A DNA stretch of 64,000 bases from a virus. Below, in pieces: positions 1-9,785 of the stretch (the first letter of the stretch is position 1; every line of letters begins with the position of its first letter). The notes beneath the pieces were generated by a model. That model did not search any database and was not told the DNA's origin. It saw only the letters and a list, made by a program, of their open reading frames with translations. The DNA lies in the IMG/VR virus record IMGVR_UViG_3300044998_001035, positions 14,807-78,806 of that record; one strand, written 5' to 3'. Both the position numbers and the translations under genes were made by a program.

Positions 1-2
1 TG

Positions 3-983
3 GACCGCTGGGTGCTCGTCAGCGAGCTGTGCCGGGGTGCGGTCCCCGCGGGCGCGGCCGGGTCCGCGACCGCGATCCTGAACGCGGCCGACCCCCGGCA
101 CGCCGCGCCGGGGCCGGGCCGGTCGCGCGGGGAGACGCGGGCGCGCTGGGGCGTCCCGCCGGGCGCGTTCGTCGCCGGGGCGCTCCAGAGGATGAGCGCC
201 GAGAAGGGGTGCGACGCCCTGATGCGCCTGGCCGCCGCGGCGCCGCGGTGGCTGCGCGTCGTGGCCGTGGGGGACGGGGCGGAGCGGGGCCGGATGCGCG
301 CCGAGGCGTCGTGGCGCGGGCTGCCGATCGCCCTGCCCGGGGCGGACGACGACCCGGGGGCGGCGCTGGCCGCGTTCGACTGCTTGCTGGCTTTGAGCGA
401 CTACGAGAGCTTCGGGCTGTCGATCGCGGAGGCCTGGCTGGCGGGGGTGCCGGTGATCTCGACGCCGGTCGGCGCGGCGGCGCTGCACCCGGGCCTGACG
501 CGCGAGGTCGGGCCTGCGCCGTCCGGCGCGGAGGTGCTGTCCGCGATCGAGGCGGACCGGGCCGACCCGTGCGGGACGGCGGCCCGGGTCGCGCGGGCGC
601 GCGGCTTCGCGGCGCGGGAGTTGGCCCCGGCGCGATTCGCGGCCGAATGGGGGCGGCTGATCCGCGAGGAGGCGGCGGCGGGCCGCCGGCCCCCGCCCCG
701 GCCGTCGCCGCGCCGCCTGCCCGACGCGGAGCTGAAGCGGCTCCTGGCCGCGGTGGCGGCGTGCTCGAGCCGGGGGCCCGAGCTTCCCGCGTCGGCCGCG
801 GGCGGCTGCTGCGGCGGCGGGCCGACGCGCTGGGCGTGCGCCGCCGGGCTCGGCTCGACGCCCGGGGCGCCGACGCTGGACGACTGCCTCGGCTGCCGCG
901 CCGGGGCCTGGGGCCGCCCGGCCGCGGCCGGGTTGAAGCTGCTCAGGCCCGCCGGGTCCGTGACCTCCCTGTCGCAGAGGTAG
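3..983 (+). CDS. Glycosyltransferase family 4 (GT-B), 5' end outside window, with Cys-rich C-terminal extension
   Basis: GALQRMSAEKG, VVAVGDG and FDCLLALSDYESFGLSIAEAWLAGVPVISTPVG are GT4 motifs; the frame is open to the window edge. Confidence 0.85.
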   Translation, partial: DRWVLVSELCRGAVPAGAAGSATAILNAADPRHAAPGPGRSRGETRARWGVPPGAFVAGALQRMSAEKGCDALMRLAAAAPRWLRVVAVGDGAERGRMRAEASWRGLPIALPGADDDPGAALAAFDCLLALSDYESFGLSIAEAWLAGVPVISTPVGAAALHPGLTREVGPAPSGAEVLSAIEADRADPCGTAARVARARGFAARELAPARFAAEWGRLIREEAAAGRRPPPRPSPRRLPDAELKRLLAAVAACSSRGPELPASAAGGCCGGGPTRWACAAGLGSTPGAPTLDDCLGCRAGAWGRPAAAGLKLLRPAGSVTSLSQR

Positions 984-1279
984 TCGTACGTCACCCCGAA
1001 GTAGCGGGCCATCCGGGCGAGGTCGGCGGGGGTGGGGAATCCCTCTCCCCGCGTCCACTTCGAGAGCCGCCCCTGCCCGCGCCCGATCCCCTGCGCCACG
1101 TCCTCCTGGCTGGCCCGCCGCGTCTCCTTCTGCACGGCGACGAGCGCCGCCAGTTTGCGATGGAAGTCGGTCAGGGTCCGGCGCGGCTTGCCCGCGCCCC
1201 CGCCGTCGCCCCCCGCCGCGCCCCCGCCGTCGCCCTTCGGCCTCCCCACGTCACGCCTCCGTATCGAAGTCCTGTTCAT
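401..1279 (-). CDS. XRE-family HTH repressor (CI-like); domain at about 950-1170, remainder overlaps the GT gene antisense
   Basis: SQEDVAQGIGRGQGRLSKWTRGEGFPTPADLARMARYFGVTYDYL is a classic HTH_3; divergent from an HTH gene across an AT-rich spacer. Confidence 0.75.
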   Translation of the reverse strand: MNRTSIRRRDVGRPKGDGGGAAGGDGGGAGKPRRTLTDFHRKLAALVAVQKETRRASQEDVAQGIGRGQGRLSKWTRGEGFPTPADLARMARYFGVTYDYLCDREVTDPAGLSSFNPAAAGRPQAPARQPRQSSSVGAPGVEPSPAAHAQRVGPPPQQPPAADAGSSGPRLEHAATAARSRFSSASGRRRGDGRGGGRRPAAASSRISRPHSAANRAGANSRAAKPRARATRAAVPHGSARSASIADSTSAPDGAGPTSRVRPGCSAAAPTGVEITGTPASQASAIDSPKLS

Positions 1280-1312
1280 CTCCGGCCTCCGCGGTCGCCC
1301 GCCCCGCACCAC

Positions 1313-1503
1313 TCGCGGACCATCGAATCCTATACCCGATTCCCAATTGCATCAATCACGAAAACGGGCGCGCAACCCGACAACGGAAGCGTTGTGGAAA
1401 ATTATCACGCTTCCGTATAGATTCCGTGTTCCCTGCTTATTATAATCTGATGGGGACTACGGTTTGTCGTGGGGCGGGACGCCCTGGGGGCGGGGAGGGT
1501 GAC
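1313..1503. promoter_or_regulatory. Divergent immunity/switch control region
   Basis: AT-rich island between divergent HTH genes; TATAAT at 1441-1446. Confidence 0.6.
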
Positions 1504-1788
1504 TTGTCGGGGACGGGGAACGGCGGCGGCTACCTGCCGCTGCGGGAGGTGACGCGGCGGCTCGGGACCGAGCAGGGGGTGGCGCGGTTCGCGGCGCACC
1601 TGTGCGGCGAGCGGCCGGAGCGGATCGGCCCGGCGTGGGTCTTCACGGCGGAGCAGGCGGGCCGGATCGAGCGGTGGCTGGACGAGGTGGACCCGGGGCG
1701 CGAGTTCCACGGCACGCGCGCGGCGACGGGCCGCGCGCGCCGTGCGGGGCCGCGCGCCGGCGCCGACGACGGGGGGACCAGGCTATGA
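1504..1788 (+). CDS. Small HTH DNA-binding protein (Cro/excisionase-like)
   Basis: YLPLREVTRRLG...RIGPAWVFT is MerR/Xis-like; GGAGGG RBS before a TTG start. Confidence 0.55.
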   Translation: MSGTGNGGGYLPLREVTRRLGTEQGVARFAAHLCGERPERIGPAWVFTAEQAGRIERWLDEVDPGREFHGTRAATGRARRAGPRAGADDGGTRL

Positions 1789-2609
1789 GCGACGCGGCGG
1801 GGTGGGCGTACGGGACGCGGTATCCGGAGCTGTTCGCGGCGCTGGCGGCGCCGTTTGAGCCCTGGGAGGTCAAGTCGAGGAACCAGGGCGGGCGCGAGCT
1901 GCCCTACATCACGGCGCGGTCGGCGATGAACCGGCTCGACGAGGTGCTCGGCCCGGAGAACTGGGAGTTCGAGCTGCACCCGTTCGGCGAGAACGCGGTC
2001 CTGGCGCGGATGACGATCGCGCTGCCCGGCGGGGAGCGGGTGACGCGCTGCGACCTGGGGGCGACGGGCCGGATGTCCGCGCAGTCGGGCGCGGTGGACC
2101 CGGGCGACGACGACAAGGGCGCCGCCAGCGACGGCCTGAAGCGCGTCGCGGCCCACTTCGGGGTCGGCCGCTACCTCTACGGCGACGGCGTGCCGCGGTT
2201 CGTCCTGGATCACGTCCACGGCCCCGGGGCGGCGGAGCTGGCCCCCCGGGCGCGGGCGCAGGGGTACGGGTACGGGGGCGGCCACGGCCGGGACGAGGGG
2301 CGGGAGCGGGTCAATCGCGACTTCCCCGCCCGCCCCCCCGGCGGCGATCCGGGGCAAGGCGGGGCGGGGAACGCCCCGCGCAGCGGGCGCGCCCTGTTCG
2401 CCTGGGTCAAGCAGAAGGAGGACGAGCACGGCGTCGCCCTGCTCAAGTACCTCAACCAGTGGGGCAAGCTCCAGGACCTGCCCGGCCGGATGGTCGACTG
2501 GGATGCGCTGCAGGTCAAGCTCGCCTACGACGAGGCGTGCCGCAAGCTCGGCGGCGGCGGCGGCGAGCCCGCGGCGGCGGCGGCCGGGCACGCGGACGAG
2601 CCGTACTGA
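1785..2609 (+). CDS. Rad52/Rad22-family (Sak-like) single-strand annealing protein
   Basis: LAAPF, PYITARSAMNRLDEVLGPENW, KGAASDGLKRVAAHFGVGRYLY. Confidence 0.85.
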   Translation: MSDAAGWAYGTRYPELFAALAAPFEPWEVKSRNQGGRELPYITARSAMNRLDEVLGPENWEFELHPFGENAVLARMTIALPGGERVTRCDLGATGRMSAQSGAVDPGDDDKGAASDGLKRVAAHFGVGRYLYGDGVPRFVLDHVHGPGAAELAPRARAQGYGYGGGHGRDEGRERVNRDFPARPPGGDPGQGGAGNAPRSGRALFAWVKQKEDEHGVALLKYLNQWGKLQDLPGRMVDWDALQVKLAYDEACRKLGGGGGEPAAAAAGHADEPY

Positions 2610-2791
2610 ACGCGCGTACAAATCGGCCGCGCGCCGGGTTTTATGCAGAAACCGCCTCGCGCCGCGTATTGAATCCGGCGCGAGGCGGCGTTATTGTTGG
2701 GGTCGGCCGTTCGAAATGCGACGGCCCCGGTCGTTACCCCCGGGGCCGTCGCGGAACTCAATCGTCCGCTTGGCAGGCGGACAGGAAGGCG

Positions 2792-4087
2792 ATGTCGATG
2801 AATCCTACACCGGATCGGCACAAAATGCAAGGCCGCGCGCCGGGATTCGCGATGCTGGCGCACTGGGTCGGGGACCGGGCCGACGTCGGCGACGCCGAGG
2901 TCCGGGTGCTCCTCTCGCTGATCCGGCTCGCCCGCGGGCGCGGGGTGGTCGCCTCGACGGACGCGCAGATCGGGCTCCACGCCGGCGGCAAGGGCCGCCA
3001 CGCGGTCTCGCGCGCCCTCGCCGCGCTGGAGGCGTCGGGCCTGATACGACGCGACGCCGGCGCGGGCCGGCGCGGGCCGCGCATGATCTTCTTGGACGAC
3101 GCCATCCTCGGCAGGCCGGGCCAGTGTGACGTCTGCGAGGATCGGGATGTCGCGGATTCGCGACAGGGGGGGTGTCGCGAAAGTGCGGCGCAATGTGTCG
3201 CGGATTCGCGACAGGGGGGGTGTCGCGAAAGTGCGGCGCAATGTGTCGCGGATTCGCGACAGGGGGGGTGTCGCGAAAGTGCGGCGCAATGTGTCGCGGA
3301 TTCGCGACAGGCCCCTGTCGCGGAGATGCGGCAGGGGTGTCGCGAGGAAGCGGCGCAGAGTGTCGCGGATTCGCGACACTCTGGAGAATTCCTGAGAAGA
3401 ATTAAGACCCCCCCTACCCCCCGCGGGGGGGGCGTGTGCGCCGGGACCGCCTCGGAGGGGACGGGAGCCGCGGAGGTCCCCGGGGCCGGGACTCCTCCCG
3501 CACCTGAGGGCGAACCGGCCGGGACGCCCCCCCCGGCCCCCCCCGCCGATCCGCCGCTGTCGGCCCCGGCCCCGGCCGAGTTCAACCCGGCGGCGGTCGC
3601 GGCGGCCGAGGCGCACGTGGCGCGGCTGTTCGAGCTGTACGACGACAACGCCTCTCGGAGCGTGCGGCAGGCGTGCCGCGCCGGGGTGGACCCGGCCTGG
3701 ATCGTCGAGGCCGCCGACGCGATGGCCGAGGCCGGCAAGCTCTCGGCGGGCTGGCCGTACCTGAGGGGCATCCTGAGGCGATACCGGGCGCAGGGCGGGA
3801 CGGACCGGGCGACGGGGGACGGGCCGACGGCGACGGCGACGGCGGCGGCCCGCGGCGGCGCCTCGGCCCCGCGCGTCGCGCTGGGCGACCCGGCGGCCTA
3901 CCTGCCGGCACACGTCCTGACGCCGGAGCGCCACGCGGAACTGACCCGGCGGCGGCGCGAGGCCGAGGAGCGTGGCCGCGCCGCCTACGAGGCGAGCCTG
4001 ACGCCCGCCGAGCGGGCCGACCGGGACCGGGCGTTGCGCCGGATCGAGGCGCTGATGGCCGCCGCCAGGTCCGGGGGTGCTCGATGA
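2792..4087 (+). CDS. Phage replication initiator (N-terminal wHTH, internal iteron repeats)
   Basis: wHTH segment TDAQIG...AVSRALAALEASGLIRR; 16-aa repeats; directly upstream of DnaB. Confidence 0.7.
   Translation: MSMNPTPDRHKMQGRAPGFAMLAHWVGDRADVGDAEVRVLLSLIRLARGRGVVASTDAQIGLHAGGKGRHAVSRALAALEASGLIRRDAGAGRRGPRMIFLDDAILGRPGQCDVCEDRDVADSRQGGCRESAAQCVADSRQGGCRESAAQCVADSRQGGCRESAAQCVADSRQAPVAEMRQGCREEAAQSVADSRHSGEFLRRIKTPPTPRGGGVCAGTASEGTGAAEVPGAGTPPAPEGEPAGTPPPAPPADPPLSAPAPAEFNPAAVAAAEAHVARLFELYDDNASRSVRQACRAGVDPAWIVEAADAMAEAGKLSAGWPYLRGILRRYRAQGGTDRATGDGPTATATAAARGGASAPRVALGDPAAYLPAHVLTPERHAELTRRRREAEERGRAAYEASLTPAERADRDRALRRIEALMAAARSGGAR
3148..3378 (+). repeat. 48-bp tandem repeats containing the palindrome TGTCGCG-GATT-CGCGACA (putative origin iterons)
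   Basis: Palindrome copies start at 3148, 3196, 3244, 3292 (48-bp period) and 3361. Confidence 0.9.
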
Positions 4088-5559
4088 GCCGGATCAACGG
4101 GCACGGGCACGGGCCCGGGGCGCCCGGCGGCGTCGCCGCCCCCCACCGGATGCCCCCGCACAACCTGGAGGCCGAGCGCCGGCTCCTCTCGGCGCTCTGC
4201 CTGGACAACGGCCTGATCGACGAGGCGCAGGCCCTGATCGGACCCGACGACTTCTTCCGCGCCGCGCACGGGGCGATCTTCCGCGCGATCGTGGACCTGC
4301 GCGGCCGGGGCCGCGAGGCGGACGGCCTGACGCTCGCGGACTGGTTCCAGACGCGAGACGCCTGGGGGCAGATCGGGGCGACGGGCGCCCACGACGGGGC
4401 CGACGCGCTCTGCGAGGTGCTGGCGGCGGCGCCGCACGCGGAGGCGGGCGCGGAGGCGCTGTGGATCGTCGCGGAGAAGTCGACGCTCCGGCGCACGGCC
4501 GAGGCCGCGGAGCGCGCGATCCGGGACTGCTACGCGGGCCGCGACAGCTCCGAGGCGGTGCTGGCGCGGGCGTTTCGGGCGCTGGAGGACCTCGACGCCG
4601 GCCGGCGGCTGCCGCCCGAGAGGGCGATGGACGCCGTGATGGCCGACGCGATGGCGTACCGCTGCTCCGCCGGCGGCGCGACGGACGCGCTGGCGACGCC
4701 CTGGGCGTCGCTCGACGACGTGCTCGGCGGCCTCCGCCCCGGCCACCTCGTCGTGATCGCGGGCCGGCCCGGCTCGGGCAAGTCGATCCTCGGCCTCCAG
4801 CTCGCCGTCCACGCGGCGCGGGCCGGGGCACGCGGGGCGAGCGGGGGCGCCGTGCTGCTGTGCAGCCTGGAGATGCCCTGCGTCCCGGACCTGGCGTTCC
4901 GGATCTTGTCCTCGCTCGGCGGCGTCCCGTACCGACGGCTCGTCGAGGCCGGCGCCTCGCTCGGCGCGGCGGACGAGGCGGCGCTGGCGGCGGCCGTCGC
5001 CGACGCCACGTCCCGCCGGCTGCTGGTGGTCGACGAGCCCTACCAGCGGGCCGGCAACGTGATCGCCGCGGCCCGGCGCCTCGCGCGGCGCGGCGGCCTG
5101 GCGCTGGTGGTCGTGGACTACCTCCAGCTCCTCGAGCACGAGGGGGACCGGCGCGACCTGAGGACCGAGCAGGTGGCGCAGATGACGCGCCGCCTGAGGA
5201 AGATGGCGCGCGACCTGCGCGTGCCCGTCGTCGTCCTGGCCCAGCTCAACCGCGCCGCCGACAAGGAGTCCCGTCCGCCACGGCTCTCGGACCTGCGCGA
5301 GTCGGGCGCGATCGAGCAGGACGCGGACGCGGTGATCCTCCTCGACCACGAGCGCCCGTCGCCGTCGGACCCGCTGCCGTCGAGCCGGACGATCGACCTG
5401 ATCGTGGCCAAACACCGCAACGGCCGCACGGCGAAGGTCACGCTGCTCTGGCGCCCGGAGGTGTTCCGCGTGGACGACCCGCCGCCGGGCGCCGCGGGGA
5501 TCGCGGTCGGGGCCGGGCTCCCCCACGCCCCCGCCGCCGACGACGACTCCCCCTACTGA
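4084..5559 (+). CDS. dnaB: Replicative DNA helicase
   Basis: PPHNLEAE, Walker A AGRPGSGKS, VVVDYLQL, LAQLNR, PRLSDLRESGAIEQDAD, VAKHRNG. Confidence 0.95.
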   Translation: MSRINGHGHGPGAPGGVAAPHRMPPHNLEAERRLLSALCLDNGLIDEAQALIGPDDFFRAAHGAIFRAIVDLRGRGREADGLTLADWFQTRDAWGQIGATGAHDGADALCEVLAAAPHAEAGAEALWIVAEKSTLRRTAEAAERAIRDCYAGRDSSEAVLARAFRALEDLDAGRRLPPERAMDAVMADAMAYRCSAGGATDALATPWASLDDVLGGLRPGHLVVIAGRPGSGKSILGLQLAVHAARAGARGASGGAVLLCSLEMPCVPDLAFRILSSLGGVPYRRLVEAGASLGAADEAALAAAVADATSRRLLVVDEPYQRAGNVIAAARRLARRGGLALVVVDYLQLLEHEGDRRDLRTEQVAQMTRRLRKMARDLRVPVVVLAQLNRAADKESRPPRLSDLRESGAIEQDADAVILLDHERPSPSDPLPSSRTIDLIVAKHRNGRTAKVTLLWRPEVFRVDDPPPGAAGIAVGAGLPHAPAADDDSPY

Positions 5560-5663
5560 CCCCGCCGCCGGGCTGGCCAGCCGGATTTCCGACCGATTTC
5601 GATTCGATTTCGCGATTGAGTTTCTCGTCAAACGGGTGTAGATTCCTGGCAGGAGGTGAGACC

Positions 5664-6320
<657 letters not shown>

Positions 6321-6330
6321 GGGCATTCCG

Positions 6331-6615
6331 ATGCGCGTCCCGATCTATTCATGCGTCGAGGTGACGGTCACGGGCCGGCGGCTGCGTCGGCGCCGGTTCA
6401 CGCCGGCCCGGGGCTGCGAGGAGGCCCCGGAGTGCGTCCTGGACGTTCCGGCGGGCTGCGCCCTGTGGCGGGCCGGGGACGACGCGCTCCTGGTCCTCGA
6501 TTACGGCGGGGAGGTCGCCGAACTCGACGCGAAGGGGGCGCTCGACGCGGCGGCGGTGGGCGCGTTCGGGATTCGGCTGGCCGGCGCGGAGCCGGCCGGC
6601 GTCACCGGGCGGTGA
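6331..6615 (+). CDS. Hypothetical protein
   Basis: ORF fills the gap in the operon. Confidence 0.5.
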   Translation: MRVPIYSCVEVTVTGRRLRRRRFTPARGCEEAPECVLDVPAGCALWRAGDDALLVLDYGGEVAELDAKGALDAAAVGAFGIRLAGAEPAGVTGR

Positions 6616-6625
6616 GGAGGCCGGC

Positions 6626-7183
6626 ATGCGTGACGACTGCGAAGGCGACGGGCGCGAGGGCGGGGGGCCGCCGCGGGTCCGCTGGATGGTCCGCGGGGAC
6701 TTGCCCGAGGTGCTGGCGATCGAGGAGGCGAGCTTCGAGGAGCCGTGGACCGAGGGGCGGTTCCTCTCGGTCCTCCGGGAGCGGAGTTCGATCGGCATGG
6801 TCGCCGAGGTCGGGGGCCGCGTCGCCGGCTACATGCTTTACCGCCTCCGGCCGCGCACGGTCGAACTGCTGACGTTCGCCGTCAGCCCGGCCCGGCGGAA
6901 CCGCGGGGTCGGGACGCGGCTCCTGGCGAAGCTGGTCGAGAAGATCGACCGGGGGGCCTGGCCGGTCCGGCGCCGGACGGCGATCGAGGCGGAGGTCCCC
7001 GAGGAGCACGTCGCGTTCCTGATGTTCCTGAGGAAGCGCGCCGCGCCTGGCTCGGGCCTCAGGCTGGACTGCAAGCTCCGGCGGAGCGACACGCGGCCGA
7101 CGGACGCGGTCTGGGTCCGTGTCGAGCACGCGTCGCCGGCCTGGTCGTGCCCCGGCGTCGTGGTCGTCGAGGAGTGTTCCTGA
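6626..7183 (+). CDS. RimI-like GNAT N-acetyltransferase
   Basis: VRWMVRGDLPEVLAIEEASFEEPW, IGMVAE and acetyl-CoA motif FAVSPARRNRGVG. Confidence 0.85.
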   Translation: MRDDCEGDGREGGGPPRVRWMVRGDLPEVLAIEEASFEEPWTEGRFLSVLRERSSIGMVAEVGGRVAGYMLYRLRPRTVELLTFAVSPARRNRGVGTRLLAKLVEKIDRGAWPVRRRTAIEAEVPEEHVAFLMFLRKRAAPGSGLRLDCKLRRSDTRPTDAVWVRVEHASPAWSCPGVVVVEECS

Positions 7184-7230
7184 TCCGACGCCGACGCGTC
7201 GGGCCTATCGGGGCGTGCGGGGGGGCGGCC

Positions 7231-7458
7231 GTGGGCGACGCGATCCTTGCGGCGGGGCTGGCGGCGACGGCCTCGGCGCTGACCTGGCTCGCGTACCGGG
7301 GGGTGCGCGGGGCGCTTCTGCTGGCGATCTTCCGCCCCGGCGGCCCGGCCGCGAGGTACACCGCGATCGCGGCGCTGGCGGCCGGGCTGCTCGCCGTCGC
7401 CGGCTGGATCGCGGCGGCGGTCGCCGCGGCCAGGGCGTTCCTGGAGGCGACCGGATGA
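7231..7458 (+). CDS. Small membrane protein
   Basis: Two hydrophobic stretches; stop overlaps the thyX start. Confidence 0.45.
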   Translation: MGDAILAAGLAATASALTWLAYRGVRGALLLAIFRPGGPAARYTAIAALAAGLLAVAGWIAAAVAAARAFLEATG

Positions 7459-8441
7459 CGGATGACGACGAGGACGCCGGCGGGCTCTGCTGGGCGCCGG
7501 AGATCAGGATCGTGGGGCGCCTGGCGCTGGACCGCGAGAATTTGCGCGACTTCTTCGGGCGCTTCGGGCCCGACGCCGACCGATTCCTCGAAGGGGCCGC
7601 GTCCGACGGCGAGTTCGCGGCCGAGGTCGCGGGGCGGCTCTGCTACCTGTCGTTCCCCCGCCCGCGCCCCGGGGGGCCCGCGGCGTACCACGAGCACATC
7701 CTGGCGTCCGGGCACGGCAGCGTCTACCACCACAGCGTCTACGAGTTCGTGATCTCCGGCGTCTCTCGGAGCCTGACTCACGAGCTGGTGCGGCACAAGG
7801 CGGGCGTGGACCCGTCCGAGCTTTCCCAGCGCTACGTGGACGCGTCGATGGCGCGCGTCGTCGTGCCGCCCCTGCTGGCGCCGGCCGTCGACGCGTGTCT
7901 GCTCCGCGACCGCGTCTGCGGCGGGCGCGAGCCCGCCGCGGCGGAGGCCGAGCTGGCGCGCCTGATCCCGCCGTCCGGTCCGTGGGCGGACGGGTCCGGC
8001 GGCGTCTCCCTGGTCCGCTTCCACGACTGCGCCGACCTGGGTGCGTGCTGGCTGGAGGCCGTCGCGGCGGCGCGGGAGGCGTACGCGCGGATCGAGGACG
8101 CGGCGTCGCGCTATCTGCTCGGCGCAGGGGGCCGGCACGGCGCAGGCCCCGGCACGGCGGAGCGGAAGGCGGCCCGGGAGGCGGCCCGGAGCGTCCTGCC
8201 CGGCGCGACCGAGAGTGCCGTCTATATCACGGCGAACGCCAGGGCGTTGCGGAACGTCTTCGAGCAGCGCTGCTCGCCCCACGCCGACGCCGAGATGAGG
8301 CGGCTGTGCCTGGCCTGGCTGCGGCTGATGCGGGCCGAGGCCCCGCACCTGTTCGCGGACTTCGAGTTCGCCACCGCGCCGGCGCCCGGGGACTCGGGCA
8401 CGCCGATCGAATACGCGATTTGTAAATATCACAAGGTCTGA
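7455..8441 (+). CDS. thyX: Flavin-dependent thymidylate synthase
   Basis: AGRLCYLSF, GHGSV, THELVRHKAGVDPSELSQRY (RHx..SxR), AREAARSVLP, NARALR. Confidence 0.92.
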   Translation: MTDDDEDAGGLCWAPEIRIVGRLALDRENLRDFFGRFGPDADRFLEGAASDGEFAAEVAGRLCYLSFPRPRPGGPAAYHEHILASGHGSVYHHSVYEFVISGVSRSLTHELVRHKAGVDPSELSQRYVDASMARVVVPPLLAPAVDACLLRDRVCGGREPAAAEAELARLIPPSGPWADGSGGVSLVRFHDCADLGACWLEAVAAAREAYARIEDAASRYLLGAGGRHGAGPGTAERKAAREAARSVLPGATESAVYITANARALRNVFEQRCSPHADAEMRRLCLAWLRLMRAEAPHLFADFEFATAPAPGDSGTPIEYAICKYHKV

Positions 8442-8467
8442 ATGTTCCAGGCCGTTGGGGGGGAGGG

Positions 8468-9508
8468 GTGGCCGACATGATCGCCCGGTCGTGGTTCAGG
8501 CGCGCGCTCGACGCGCTCCGCCGCCTTGCCCCCGGCCCCGGCCCCGCCCCCGGCCCCTCGCCATCGCCGCTCCCGTACCCGCCGGCCCCTCCCTCCCCGC
8601 CGCCGGCGCCGGCCCCGCCGCCGGCGCCGGCCCCGCCGCCGGGCCCGGAGACGTTCGCCGTCCCTGCGTGCCGCGTGGTCGAGGACGGGACGGCCTACGG
8701 GGACGTGATGAGCCGCCCGCCCCGGATGCACACGGGCCACGACCGGGCGACGAACGCGCACGAGAGCGCCCACCTGCTCCACGCCGCCCTGCGCAACGCC
8801 AGGGCCGCGCCCGGCGCCCCGCGGGTCAACTGCTTCTACATGATGGGCGGGCGGGCCTGCGCCGTCCCCGAGCCGCCGATTGCGCTGGACCGGGTGCCCG
8901 GGTTCGTCCCGGCGAGGCTGCGCGGCTATCGGTTCCGCCTCTACCTGGAGCGGCAGGTGCGGGCGTGGAACGACCGGAGCCTGTACGTATTCGACGAGGG
9001 CGCGGCGTACCTGATCGACGCGCTGGTCAGCCTGGACGACGCGGCCCGCGGCGTCCGCGGCGTGTCCGGGCCGGCCCCGTTCCTGCCGACGGCCGTCGCG
9101 TCCCGCGACCCCGGCCCGTCCGGCTCGCGGTCGTACCCGGCGCCGTCCCGGCTCTCCCGCTACGCGGCGGCGTCCGCGCCCGGCGAGCCCATGAGGGCCG
9201 TCGAGCGGGACGGGGTCTCCGGGTGCCTGGAGTTCGCGATCTACGGGCTGGCCCACGCGCTGGCGGTCCGGGAGCACGCGCCGGCGTACTGGCGCGGCTG
9301 CGGCCAGTACCGGGCGTGGCTCGGCTGGTTCCTCGGCCGCTGCGAGGCGGCCTGGCGCGAGGGCGCGGGGCTCCCCGGGTTCGCCGCCCTCTCCCAGCGC
9401 GGGCTGCTGGAGGCGCTGCGGGCGGACCCGTCGGCGGCGCCGCATCGCGACCTGCTCTCGGCCGAGTTCGGGGGCGCCTGGCTGTCGCGCCCCGGCCCCG
9501 GCGCGTGA
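8468..9508 (+). CDS. Hypothetical protein, Pro-rich linker plus HEXXH motif (possible metallopeptidase)
   Basis: NAHESAHLLH with downstream FDE. Confidence 0.5.
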   Translation: MADMIARSWFRRALDALRRLAPGPGPAPGPSPSPLPYPPAPPSPPPAPAPPPAPAPPPGPETFAVPACRVVEDGTAYGDVMSRPPRMHTGHDRATNAHESAHLLHAALRNARAAPGAPRVNCFYMMGGRACAVPEPPIALDRVPGFVPARLRGYRFRLYLERQVRAWNDRSLYVFDEGAAYLIDALVSLDDAARGVRGVSGPAPFLPTAVASRDPGPSGSRSYPAPSRLSRYAAASAPGEPMRAVERDGVSGCLEFAIYGLAHALAVREHAPAYWRGCGQYRAWLGWFLGRCEAAWREGAGLPGFAALSQRGLLEALRADPSAAPHRDLLSAEFGGAWLSRPGPGA

Positions 9509-9539
9509 TCTCCCGAGGCGAGGAAAGGAGGGGGGTAGG

Positions 9540-9785
9540 ATGCTGGTGCTGTCGAGGCGTGAGGACGAGTCGATCCTGATCGGGGACGACGTCGAGGTGG
9601 TGGTGCTCTCCATCGGGTGGGGGAAGGTGCGGCTCGGGATACGCGCCCCGCGCGGCGTGCGCGTGGACCGGGACGAGGTGCGCGCGGCGCTCCTGGCGGG
9701 CGCCGCGCCGCCCGGCGGCCCGCCGCCCGAGCCCGCCGCCGCCGCGCCTCCCGCCGCCGGCGGGTCCGAGGGGGGCGCGACGTGA
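9540..9785 (+). CDS. csrA: Carbon storage regulator (RNA-binding translational regulator)
   Basis: MLVLSRREDESILIGDDVEVVVLSI...VRLGIRAPRGVRVDRDEV. Confidence 0.93.
   Translation: MLVLSRREDESILIGDDVEVVVLSIGWGKVRLGIRAPRGVRVDRDEVRAALLAGAAPPGGPPPEPAAAAPPAAGGSEGGAT

Noticed and set aside
3148-3378. CRISPR-like palindromic repeats
   Set aside because: Intervening sequences are identical and in frame within the initiator gene; iterons fit better
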